DNA of 64,000 bases from positions 12,276,001 to 12,340,000 of the forward strand of contig CM102285.1 of assembly GCA_046563655.1 (NCBI GenBank), given 5' to 3'. The notes beneath the pieces are model-generated. The model was not told the origin of the DNA, searched no databases, and worked only from the letters and a program-made list of their open reading frames with translations. Positions 12,427 through 28,789 of the stretch are shown piece after piece (position 1 is the stretch's first letter; every line of letters starts with the position of its first letter). The DNA is from Yuukianura sp. NJ FZ-2021 (taxonomy: Eukaryota). The position numbers and the translations under genes are program-made.

Positions 12427-14114
12427 ATGGAACATCAATATGCGTATCAACGTGGAGTCAACGTTCCGATACCTACGCATATAAAGGTGGACGTGGACAA
12501 CGTCAACTCACCGGCACGACATCGAGTAGAAGGACTTTGTGGTACTAGGGAGACCGACGAGGTAAGCAAGCAGTCATTTCACCAACTTATTCCACCTCCT
12601 CCGGTCCAGTCAGCATTACATTTCTCAGTGGTGGCGCAAAGAGTGTCCCACCGAAACCGAAGTTCGTTTCATCCTTTTTCAGACATTCTATAATCTGTAC
12701 CTACTTTGTTTTTACCCTGAATTACATTATTGAAGCTGTTGGGCAAGGGTAACAGCACGAGCTGTACTAAACTGTGTTTATTTTCAGGGAACTGTCAACA
12801 TCCGGAGTCCGAACATCAAGGTTGAACCGCAAGGAAACGTAAACATATTTGAGAAGCAGCAACAACTAGCTGGAATCCACCACCATCTTCAAAAACTCAT
12901 GGATAGCAAGGTGATAAAGACACCGCTGGCGATTTTGAATGAATTTTGTACCAGTATCAACGGCCAATTCCATGAAGAAATAGTAAATGCTGGTTCACCG
13001 CATCAACCAAAGTACGAATGTATTCTTCAAGCTCGATTCTTGGATCAGCGATTTCAAGGTATGCTTAAAGTTTGTCACGATCAATAGAAGACTCCTGAAA
13101 TTACGATTTATTTTGCAGCGTCGGGCTTCTCAACGACCAAGAAGGATGCGAAACAGGCTGCCGCCAAAGCACTTCTAATGGAAGTGGGGTACTTGGAATC
13201 TAAGATGGCGTACACACCCACTCAAGCTAAAACACCAACAGTTGATCCTGCCTTGGGTTACGAGCCAGACGTAGAGGGCAATCCAGTAGGTGAGCTGAAT
13301 ACCTTGTGCACGAAACGTCGGGTTCCCCCTCCCATTTACGAGGTGAGTTTATCATTGTCTATTTGTCTATTGAATTAGTCGATTTTCTGATTTTACAAAT
13401 CAATTCTACACTTGTTGTAGGACTTACCGCAAGAAACGTATGGGCGTTTCAAAGTCAAATGTCAAGTTCAAGACGTTTCTGGTGAAGGTAGTGGACCAAA
13501 CAAGAAATACGCTAAACGACTGGCTGCTCACCAGGTGTTAGAAAAACTGCAAGAAATCTCAAGAAAAGCATACGAGATCAGAGCTTCGTATGAAGATGCC
13601 GCTCGGGAGGAAATCTGTAACAAGATGGCTAGCTTTTCAATTAATAATTCTGGAAGACCGGGAATGGACATGACGGACTCAACGGCTCCCAAGCCATTGA
13701 CCGAAATTATGAAATGGATTCATTTTCTCAAAGGAGAGAAAATTCAAAGACTTAAGGTAATTCAATACAAAAGTATTTTGGATCGTTTCAAAATGTTAAT
13801 TGACGCAGTCATTCTTCAGTTTGAAGTTATGGTTTTTTTTTTCATTCTAGGTTCTGACAATGCAAGAGTTGTATGAAAGTGATCAAACGTTAATTCTGTC
13901 CGAACTGGCATCTGAACAGAAATTGAAAATCCAGTACAACGACTTTCCGCCGCACTTGGACGATCCCAATTACAAGTCTGTGTTATCCTTGGGCATTGAT
14001 AAAACTCGGCACGTTTTTATGGGAAGCGGAAAGTCTGTGTCGGATGCCCGTAAGTCAGCTTCGCTCCAAACTTTGGAATTCATCAGATTGGTGACGAGAT
14101 GTAAAATATTTTGA
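12427..14114 (+). CDS. Loquacious/TRBP/PACT-family dsRNA-binding protein with three dsRBDs
   Basis: dsRBD1 KTPLAILNEFC...KKDAKQAAA, dsRBD2 GNPVGELNTLC...GSGPNKKYAKRLAA, and a C-terminal type-B dsRBD GSGKSVSDARKSASLQTLEFIR. The upstream exon 12427-12561 splices in frame to 12788. Confidence 0.8.
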
Positions 14115-14863
14115 TCTAAAACGCATTCAATTTTCCCTTTTCTAACGAAATTGACAGAGAAGTCTCAACTGATCCAATTTTCCTTTCCTACGATACTGCT
14201 TTCTTCTTACTTTATTAGCAATTAGCTGTAGATTCTTACTCAAAAGTTAACTATTGATGAACAGGATATGGCAAATGACAGGGTTTTTGGGTAATTTGTT
14301 AAATGACTTTGGTGTTGGTCTAAAACGTGAGAAATAACGTTAACGTTCGAGGGTAAAACGTAAATTAGTTTTTGTTTCGCTTGCGCTTTATTTTGTTTGA
14401 AAAGTGCAAATATTTGCAGCGAATTACCTAGAGCATATACGAGTCAAGTTATGTGTTTAACCAAATCCCAGTTTCTAATGTTTAGTCCAATACTGACGAT
14501 CTCTTCCTCAGTAGCCAGCAAAGTCAACAGCATCACACCGTAAATAAATTACTTGTGTGTCTTCTGTAGATATTCGGTGTTTACTTGTTACAAGTAGAAA
14601 ATTAGTTACATCAATAGTTAGCTCAATCAATTTACATCTTTTAGAAATTGTAGCTCCAGCGATATTTCTCTTATCTTACGACTGATTATCGCAGAACAAT
14701 TGACAGTTTGTCGATGTATAATTTATCGCACACAGATATTACTCCACTTTCGCAATTGTAATGGATCATGTAAGTAAACTGATTTACAATCATGCCTCAA
14801 TTTCAGTATTCAAATTCAGTAGTTTAGTTTCAATTTTTAGTTTTTCAACAAAAAAAAACTAAC

Positions 14864-16401
14864 ATGAAATTTGCTTTGCTTTTCTCCATTTTAGGATTTG
14901 TTGCTTGCACTAAACTGGATGGAGCAGCAGTTCCAAATGGTAAGGTGAATTCAGCATCGAAAATTTTAAGAATTGTGATAAAAATACCTTAAAAGCATTT
15001 GTTGTGTTTGTTTTTAGATCTTGGTAACGATTTGGCTGGATTGTTCGACGGCCCTCGTGTATTCCTGACCGTCAATGCAATAGCTTCAGTTGATCCCAAG
15101 ACTAAGCAGTTTTTAAATCGAATGCTGGAAATCAACTGGTACAACATTGAATTAACCGCTGGAAATTGGATTGGCGTTTTCACTGAAGATCCGAATGCAA
15201 ATCCCTCTGCGAAGCCAGTTTTAAGACTTACTCCTACAGAGGCACAAGGAAGTGTCAAGACGCGTCTTCGCTTTGATGTAATTGACTACCGCGTAACACC
15301 AATTCCAGAAGATGGTTGTATGGGATACTGGATAGCCTACTTCCCAACATCCAGTAGTCCAGTATTGACTTCTAGCTGTCTTCAAGTATTTCCAGATTGG
15401 ATGAAACAAATGGACGCAACTATCCATGGAAAAACGTTAGCCGAAATCATGATTCCTGGAACACACGATGCTGCTGCTTGGAAAACCTACGAAGGGACAA
15501 GTGACGATCTGAACATGGCCATAACGTATAGCCGAAAGTGAGTGACATTTTGTATAACTTTTTCAATTTTTGAGTTTTTATATCGTTTTGTTTTTGTTGT
15601 TTCTAGTCAAGAGGATTCAATTTACACTCAACTGATCCATGGCATAAGATACTTTGATCTCCGAATTGGCCATTATCCGGAGACGCCTGAGAAGTTTTGG
15701 ATCAACCATGGTGAATTTAAGATTCGTCCACTTCAACCTATCCTGGAGGATGTCAAGGAATTTGTCAGTGAACATCAGGAAGTCATCATACTGGACATTC
15801 ACAATCTTCCAGTTGGGTTCTCTGGTACACACGATCCAGCACATTTGGAACTTATTACATTCTTGAATGAACAAATCGGAGGGCATTTGTACATGAAGAG
15901 GTCTGGAGTCAATCCGAAAATGAGCAACTTCTGGAACTCTGGCAGAACAGTGTACTTAACATATCCCACCGAAATTCCAATTGCAGAAGACTTTGAGTTC
16001 CTTTGGCCTAACGTCTACCATGTAAGAATTTTGCATACAGATTTAGCAACATGGTTGACTGCTTCACTAAAATTGAATTTCATTGTTTTTAGAATTGGGC
16101 AAACACAAACAAAGTAGCGGAACTTCACACGTATTTTACAGAAACGTTACCGCAAATCAGTTGTAAAGGAAATCTGTTCTCCGTTATGGCTGAATTGACT
16201 CCAACTGTTGCTGATATCATTCTGCAACCAGAGCTTGGCCTTAGAGGATTTGCACAATTAGTGAATCTTCAGGTGACGGAATGGTTTCGCCAGGAAAGTT
16301 GGTATTCCAGTGCGAATATTGTGGCGACTGATTTCTACTTGGGGAATGACATTATTCAGATGGCCATTATTGTAAACAGGAACAGTGCAACTTGCTTCTA
16401 A
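14864..16401 (+). CDS. Secreted PI-PLC X domain-containing protein
   Basis: Signal peptide MKFALLFSILGFVAC. IMIPGTHDA, QLIHGIRYFDLRIG and FWINHG retain both catalytic His. Also EVIILDIH and ANIVATDFY. Confidence 0.9.
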
Positions 16402-16830
16402 ATATTAATTAAATAACGTTTTAGGGCATTCAGATGAAAAGATTTTAACTACCAAGTAAATTGATGATACTGGGTGCAAAAGTAAATCGTTTCTTTCCCT
16501 TCGTAGATTACCAACTTTCGTATTAATAACAGTGGGGCTCTATGAGCCGCGTTCGCGTATAATCATCCCGCGGGAAATCGAGTTTAAAATCTTACGCTTT
16601 TTTTTTTTACAATTTTTTTTTATAAATTCGCCTTTCATTTTATCTTTTTATCGTTTGCTTTCGTTCATCGATTTTATTACTCTGCAGTTTTGTTTTTAAC
16701 AATACTCAACAACGAACAACAGGAAGGACAAAACTCGTCATTAGTCAGTGGCTAAATTGATTCCCCCTGACCGGGAGAGGACTGGGAGAGTGTAAGAACA
16801 CGGAGGCTTTAAGGGTTTTCGAACCGAAGC

Positions 16831-17827
16831 ATGGCAGAATATTTGGCATCCATCTTCGGGACAGAGAAGGACAAGTAAGGAGTCATTTTGTGGTTCTTTG
16901 TTTCGTAGTAAGAACGAACAAATCGATCAGAAGAGACTGTTTTACTAACAAACGTGGTTTTTGTGTTTTGTAGGGTCAACTGTTCCTTCTATTTCAAAAT
17001 CGGGGCTTGCAGACATGGAGATCGCTGTTCTAGAATTCACAACAAGCCAACGTTCAGTCAAACCATAGTCTTGCAAAACTTGTACGTCAATCCACAAAAT
17101 TCGACGAAAACAGCTGACGGTAACACCACAATTTGTATATAGTTTGTTGATTTTGAAGTTATTCCGATTTGTGGCTTTGTTTTAAGATATATGTAATTTT
17201 GTATAGTTTTTCAAATGAATCACGTAAGCGATGAGGAAATGCAGGAGCATTATGACAACTTCTTTGAGGACGTTTTCGTGGAATGCGAGGATAAGGCAAG
17301 TGTTGCATAAACAAACAACGATATAAGGCCCGCAGGTTTAAGATGCCTAACTTTGTCCTTTCAGTATGGAGAGATCGAGGAAATGAACGTTTGCGATAAC
17401 CTTGGGGATCATCTTGTTGGAAACGTTTACATCAAGGTAATTCAATTTTCGCAACTAATGCTAATGTGATGTCTCTAATGCAAAAATATTTCAGTTTCGC
17501 CGAGAAGAAGATGCTGAGAAGGCTGTCAACGAGTTGAACAACCGCTGGTTTGGTGGTCGCCCGATTTATGCCGAGCTAAGCCCCGTCACTGACTTTCGTG
17601 AAGCGTGTTGCCGCCAGTACGAAGTTGGGGAGTGTACACGTTCCGGCTTTTGTAACTTCATGCACTTGAAGCCAATTTCTCGAGAGTTGCGACGGTACTT
17701 GTACAGTCGTAGACGTGGAATGGGTATCGGTGGGGGTCGAGGTAGCCAGACTCCATCTCCACCTCCACGTCGTCGTCGTTCCAGATCTCGTGACAAGAGA
17801 CGACGTTCCCGAGAACGTCGATACTAA
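16831..17827 (+). CDS. U2af38: U2 snRNP auxiliary factor small subunit (U2AF35/U2af38)
   Basis: [38 protein letters not shown] domain, second CCCH finger, and Gly/RS tail. Confidence 0.97.
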
Positions 17828-18580
17828 TTACGCAAACTCCGCAATGGAGTTGGGTTTCAAGGCTGGGTTTATTCTCTTTTATAGTTTTCCCTTTATAACT
17901 GCGGTACTGTTTTGGCTTTGAATCTTGTTGATTTGGTACACTCCAAATCATTTGCCATTAATGTTACAAGAAAGTTTAAAGGTTTTCCCATTTCTAACTT
18001 AATTATTAATTAGACATTCAAGTGTAATTAATTAAAACCAGCTTGACAGTTCTTTTTCAAACGAATACGATAAGGTTGTATTGTATTTGTATCCGTATCA
18101 TGATGAGAGTGGGAGTTTAGTGTCAAAGTTTCGTCACGCTCACGCCTGCGTGGGAATACAAAATCAGCTGATTGCACGGTGTCTGTCTAGATATGTCATC
18201 TCTTATTTTTGCTTTCTGTGACCTTGATGTCTGCTCCAGTCGTCCAGTCTCCAGCAGTTACTTATCATTTTAGAGGTATCCATTCGTATCTCCTACTCCT
18301 AACCTAACCTTTGGACATTGAACGATACTCTCATCCTTGTTTTTCTGTTGTTGCAGCTTTGGCATTGGATTTGTGACAAATTAATCACCGAGTAGCACGA
18401 GATCGCCGATTTCAAGTACGTTTGCAATTTTAACCACCAGAACAGGAGCAGGTTAACCTTTATAAGAGGATCTGGATTCTAAGCGGTACATATTTCAATT
18501 TCAGTTCGTGTTCCAGTAAAGAAGAGACTTCTTCAACTAGACAGGTACACTCGGAAAGAGAAAGAAGCTGCTGAATCATC

Positions 18581-20887
18581 ATGACTCGAGCATACGATAT
18601 GGTAGTATTTGGTGCAAGTGGTTTCACTGGCCAATTCGTGGTGGAAGAAATCGCAAAGCTTCTGAAGGATAAGAAAGTGGAGCCTTTTCGTTGGGCTGTG
18701 GCTGGACGATCGAAGTCTAAACTTCAGGACGTTTTGAAACAAACATCAGAAGTCACCGGTTTGTCCTATTGCATAGCAGCGCCTGCAATTGTTTGCTTTG
18801 TTGTACTTGTACTAATCTTGGTTTTGATTGCAGGATACAATGTGTACGACATTGATATTTTGGAGGTGGACATCACCGTTCCAGACACTATCCATGAAAT
18901 GGCAAAACAAACTACGGTTGTGGCGAATTGTGTTGGTCCGTATCGATTCTATGGTGAAACTGTAGTCAAAGCATGCATTGAAGAAGGAGCTCACCATATC
19001 GATGTTAGCGGTGAACCACAGTTTTTGGAACAGATGCAGCTTTTGTTCAACAAGAAGGCGGAGGAGAAAGGTAAGGCCACGCATCAGTAATATTTCCAGA
19101 TTTTAAATGCAATTAATTGCACATTCATACAATACTTAGTTAGCAGATTTGCTGTTAAATGAGCCAATTGAATTTCTTAGGTGTGTACGTGATTGGAGCT
19201 TGCGGCTTTGATTCTATTCCTACTGACATGGGAGTGTCGTATTTGAAGAAGAAGTTCGACGGTACTGAAATCAATTGAAAACTCGTCTACCATCAATTCC
19301 TAACTTAATTGAAAGTCGATTTATAACTACGCTTCTTTCGTTCAATGTACAGGGAAAATCAATTCGGTCGAAACCTATGTGTGTGTTGGGGACGCTGAAT
19401 CTCAAACCACGGTAGCCTATAATATGAAATCAAGAAACCATGCTTCTTTTTAATTCGCAAGTTGCAGAATCGCCCATTATAGCAGTCGTTATTCCTCAAC
19501 TTTTAGCCAATACTTTTATGTTATAGGCCGGCGGGGCTTCCATTCACTACGGAACTTGGCAGTCAGCCATCCATGGCGTAGCAGCGTCTAAGGAACTTGG
19601 ACCACTTCGTCGCCAACTTTATCCAGAAGTCGTGCCGAAACCGAAGTTCAAACTGGCTCACCGGTAAACATCTTTACAGCTCATAAATGTTCGAATGAAG
19701 TACGTTTCGGACTTTTAACTCAAACTTGAATGTAATTTTAGGCCAGTTATTCACTACAGCGATGTCGTGCAAGCATGGTGCTTGCCTTTTCTATTTGCTG
19801 ACAAATCAATTGTCACACGGACTGAGAGGCACTTCTACTATCAAACCAAGGAACGACCAATTCAAATCAACACTTACATCAAGATCGGAACCTTCATCAA
19901 TGCCTTGGTTCTGCTGATTGGCGGCATTATGTTTGCAGTGATAGCTCAGTTTAAAATTGGACGACAACTCTTAGAGAAGGTAAAGAAATATTTTCAAGGT
20001 TTGTATTAAACGATATGTGAAAATGTTTGATGAAATGATAAATTATTGTGTTTGGATATTTAGTACCCACGGTTTTTCTCAGCGGGAGCAGTGAGTCACG
20101 AAGGCCCTTCACGAGAACGAGCAAACAGTCCTTTCAGTGTCACAATCGTTGCAGAAGGCTGGAAAGAAAGATTGGCCGAACCAACTGACCAATACACTGA
20201 GAAGCCCAACAAGAAGATGACCTTGAAGGTATGACTTTGTTAACGTAATTTAAGACTACTACAGTCGAGTTTCCCTTTTATTCCATTTGCCAAATACAAA
20301 ACAAATTGCAATTGGACTACACTGGGGTTAGAAAATTACATGAGTCTGAAGTCAAATTGTCATTGGCAATTCCCCAATTTGCCATTTGGCGTTTCATTTT
20401 GCCAGTTCACCGCCAATGTACGGGTGCGAGTTTTGTACTTCTCAATTGTATTTTGTTTTGTATTTGGCAAATGGAATAAAAGGGAAACTCGACTGTATAT
20501 TCAATTGTTGAGCACATACAATGCCATTTTGATTTAGGTCAGTGGAATGAATCCTGGCTATGGTGCTACTTGTCTCGCGATGGTGCAGGCTGGACTCACA
20601 ATTATTCGCGAGAAACACCTCATGCCTCAAAAGTAATTTTGAATCTAAACTTTATTTTGAAGTTATTCAATTAAGTATTTATGTTTCAACTGCAACTGTA
20701 GCAATTACTTTACTCAAGCTAACCGTAACTACTACTAATTAACTGCCTTAATTAATACACCGTGCCACAATTAACAATTGTTGAATTTTTCAGGGGTGGA
20801 GTGTACACTACTGGAGTCGCCTTTGAAAACACGACAATCGTTGAACGACTACACAAAACCGGCCTTACTTTCACCATCCAAAAATAG
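18581..20887 (+). CDS. SCCPDH: Saccharopine dehydrogenase-like oxidoreductase (multi-exon)
   Basis: YDMVVFGASGFTG, WAVAGRS, NCVGPYRFYGE, DVSGEPQF, CGFDSIPTD, HYGTWQSA, NPGYGAT and GGVYTTG. Confidence 0.93.
20262..20495. mobile_element. Tc1/mariner/pogo-type MITE (234 bp) in an SCCPDH intron
   Basis: TIR of about 50 bp, cagtcgagtttcccttttattccatttgccaaatacaaaacaaa, with its reverse complement at the right end and TA on both sides. Confidence 0.9.
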
Positions 20888-21971
20888 TAGTATACAACAG
20901 GATCAATTACTAACATTGCCTTTACCATTCGTCCACTTATGTAAGACAAGATTAAAACTATGATGAAGATTTAAATGTAAACTACACAGTAAAATATGGC
21001 AATAAAATGGGTTTAAATTGTGTAATTTACGAATAATGTAAAATGTTATGTTGATGTAATATGTTAATGCAATAATAAAGTGTTGTTTCATGTGCATAAG
21101 AGAGAGACGGAGACGGAAAGCGGCGTCTTTTGCACTAAGCGCGCCAAGAATTCGAATTCTTTCAAATTCTGTTTTTCACATGGTGCGGTTGGAGTAACGT
21201 TTAACATACGTCGTTGTTTCAGTGTACTCACTGTGCTTAACAGTTGGTTTGGTCTTTGGTGGCATAATGGCTGCATTATGCGGCTACTTATGTTGCCACC
21301 TTAAGTTCAGTTGTAGGGTTAGACCGGCTACAAATGTTGCCACCGAGGTGCAGCCGTCTGTTGTAGCCACTGCAGCTATACTATAAGGCTACAATGAAGC
21401 TCGTCACACCTTACTTTAACCAATGGTGCCGTTGCCGAAGTGCATCTTCTTTCCTTCGGATTAGTGTTAAATTTCTTGCGTTAAATTTAATGTCGTTCGT
21501 GGTTAGTTAATTCCACCAATACCAATTAACGTCGCCTGAATATTCGTCTTGGAATACACTCTGAGCCGTGGTGTGGTAAGTGGATTGTCACTGGTTGTAA
21601 GTATGTAGCAATACAATAAGGGTTTTTTTTTGTTCAGGAAATCAAATAACATTAGTTAGTTTTAGTTAACTGTGTTTGCAAACTTACTGCAAAAGAGACA
21701 GCGAATCGATTCCGATTGTGAATATGTTGTATCTCCGTATCTCGCCAGTCATTGATCATTCGTTTCGTTTTCGTTCGTTGACGGTATACTGTTTTAGGTA
21801 TGCCAGATTTGAGTGAGTTTTTATCGACAGATGTGTGATGCGCGTACATTAATTCATTACTTTTTGTTTGATTTTAAGGGTTGACGATCGCGGACGTCAC
21901 ATCGACATCGCAAGCTCTTCGAGCATACACCGGGATACGAAGTGCAGCTAACCACGTTATAAACGGGATAT

Positions 21972-22451
21972 ATGCCGTTCCAGTTCCCATTTCGTCTTGG
22001 AAAAGTAGGAAAAGTCAACGCTGGTTGGTAAGTCTCCTTGTTTTTACTTATTTCAAACTATCGTAACAGGCAACCGGTGGCCCATAAACGTTTTTGAAAC
22101 GGTAGTGTTGAAGAGTGGCCACTACGTAACTTTCTATTTGTAGTAGTTGTAGTGCGTTCGTTCTGGTTTGCTTGGGTGGACTAGAATTTCTAAGAAATGC
22201 ATAATTTTTGTGCTCTGATCTGAATCTGACTCTTTGATTGTTGTTGTCACAGTTTGATCGTAGTCATCGTTGGTGTTAGCAGCTTTGTCCTCGCCAAAAA
22301 TCAAGTAATTAACCAGCGTTATGAGAACATGAAAAGCAGACAACGTATGCTTAATTCAAATACCGGTGATTACGACTACAGAGCCATCAGCAATAGAAAT
22401 TTTGGTCCAATTCCAGCCGAAAAAGAAGTCAAAGAAGGGCAAACGTTTTAG
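21972..22451 (+). CDS. Small single-TM protein, 84 aa (exons 21972-22027, 22253-22451), DUF4748-like
   Basis: gtaagt/cacag intron joins MPFQFPFRLGKVGKVNAGC to LIVVIVGVSSFVLAKNQVINQRYENMKSRQRM in frame. The family assignment is from remembered resemblance only. Confidence 0.65.
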
Positions 22452-22544
22452 TATCAGACAAGGCTGTTGTTACTGTCAAGTTTGAATTCTATTCCAACTA
22501 CAGTCGAATTGTTACATCGTATCTGAACAAAGGAAAGGGACAAG

Positions 22545-22808
22545 ATGGCTTCCAACACAGATATGGAGAAGTTGAAGTTGGTACAGGAGCTGGAAGTGGA
22601 AATGATGAGTGACATGTACAATCGTCTGATGACTGTTTGTCATGAGAAGTGTATCACACCGAAGTACCACGAGGGAGACATTACCAAAGGTGAAGGCGTT
22701 TGTTTAGATCGTTGTGTAGCCAAGTTCCTCGAAATCCATGATCGTGTAGGTAAGAAACTAACTCAAATGACAGTACAAGATGAAGAGGTTATGAAGAAAT
22801 TGGTTTAA
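22545..22808 (+). CDS. Tim10: Mitochondrial import inner membrane translocase subunit Tim10 (intronless CDS)
   Basis: [14 protein letters not shown], twin CX3C (CHEKC, CLDRC) and [16 protein letters not shown]. Confidence 0.95.
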   Translation: MASNTDMEKLKLVQELEVEMMSDMYNRLMTVCHEKCITPKYHEGDITKGEGVCLDRCVAKFLEIHDRVGKKLTQMTVQDEEVMKKLV

Positions 22809-23079
22809 TTGTCTAGATTAATTTAATCGTTCAATCGTAGTAACATCAAATACTTTTGCACCATTCTTCAAAACTGTCTAAACCTTAAAAATAAATCTGA
22901 GAGTGCTTAGTAAGTGCTAGTTTTAGTGAAGAGAATCAGTGCTGTTTGGTTATTAAGTGTTACCCACGAGTTCATTTAATGCAACGGAACGATTTTTACC
23001 GAGAATTTTTTTTGGATTTAAAAAGGATGATTTCAATTGGTTCACTTAAGGATGAGGTGCTAACTGCGAAAAATAGTCG

Positions 23080-27000
<3,921 letters not shown>

Positions 27001-28789
27001 CTGACGAGTTTTTGCGAGTTATCGACGTAGATTATTAATTTAATTGTCGTTGTCTTCTCAGTCAGGTAGGTAAGTAATCCAAGAATTTGAAGATTCCTTG
27101 AAGCTTGTAACTTCGCAATGTTTGTCGACAGAAGACTCAGTGACGACTCTCCAGTATTCGTTTCCAAACTTCGCTGCTAAAAATTCTGGTTATCCTCATA
27201 TTAGGAAGATGAAAGTCCTAGGGTGATAGACGTGTTTAGTATTCGGTGGAGAAGGAGATGCGGGGTCGCTATCTTATTGCTTTCGAACTTGATGACGACA
27301 GGAAGACATGCTCGGCTGATTAATAAGTAGCTAAACGTCGGATGCAAGTGAACGCTGCGATTAGTTGATAGAGATTGGTTCAGACGTCATGCAGTTGCAG
27401 GGTTATTTCAATCCAATCTGTGAGAATGACAAAAATAGCCACAATTAGAATCAGAAACCACAAAAATATTTAAATACATAGTGTAGAATTTCAATAAATG
27501 AATTGAACCATCTGATGAAACGCAGAAATTAATTCAGTTTTTAACGTTACAACGTTATGCGTTAATTTTAAAACTAAAAATAAGAATAACCATGTGTCAA
27601 TTCCTCCTGTAATCCAGATTAATCACTACTTCACTTCGCCACACTAAAAGTAAAATTATCCGTAAGTGCTTAATTTAGTACACAGAATGGGAGTCCATTG
27701 CTAAATATTATCTAATCAAATCCCATTCCTTACCCTATGGTTAGTTCGTAGTTTTGTGTTCTTTTAGTAGTGACGAAGACAATTAACGTGAACTTTAGCA
27801 ATGTTTGAGTGTTATTGAATGGGGTCAAAGGACGAAACAGTGAAGATGTAGGGTAGGGATACGCAGAACGACCTCCACTGCTTATATCCCCTGCAAAGAA
27901 TCACACGAACAAATGATGCAGATTTTTATGTGCTTATCTGGGAACCTCTTCTTATGAAAGCCCACTGCACTACTACACTCATTCAGGCAGCCTCATTTTG
28001 TATGCGGCAACTCATTGACGTCATCTTTTGGTCAATAATCAACAAATCTTATCAACAATTAAAAGTAATTGTAACGGTATTTAGGAACATTGGAATTATA
28101 TGGACTACCTATACCTTCAAGGTTGAGATTTATTGTTTTCCGATCATTTATAAAATTTCAGGTCTCTTTACCCAACGACCTGGATTTGTTTCAGTGAAAT
28201 TGAGCGAGTGAACTCGTCCATCTTTCACCGTTACTTCTTGAAAGAATTTGTGGAATGTGCGGCAGGTTGAAACTTTGGAACAGCTGACGAGGAGATTGAT
28301 TTTTCTGTTGTTTTTTTCGTCCTCCAGGCCAAGGTATAAAAAGCGATAAAGTAATAATAACACAAAGTGATCGAATAATCGAAGTAACGGATCAATCAGG
28401 AATTAATTACTTTTTGTTTGGCAGAGCGGAGCTGCTGTTTGGTGAACGGACGACGGGACTTCGGAGCTGTCCTTGTGGATGCTGGTCTGGTGGTACGAGT
28501 GCGACGTGCGACGCATCTAAGCTAGCAGCTGACTTGTAGCAAGTGAGTCATTGATTTATTACTGTTGTTTCTGATAAGTCTGTTAAGTTTGACTTGGATT
28601 GAGTGAATATAAGTGACATAAGGACATAACTAATCAGCTGTTCCTGTTTTTCACGTTCCCTGTATGCTCTTTGTAGAAACTCTGTTCAGACGTACAGTAC
28701 CAATCCAGAGGGACGCAAATCGCAATTCACCTTGTCTCGTTTTAATTGCCAGTCACACAAGCTTTTAAGAAAAGAGATCAACGTTAGTA

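Noticed and set aside
21260..21430. Short repeated ggctac..tgttgccacc motifs upstream of the Tim10 unit
   Set aside because: No clear TIR or TSD could be defined; it may be a decayed repeat or promoter sequence.
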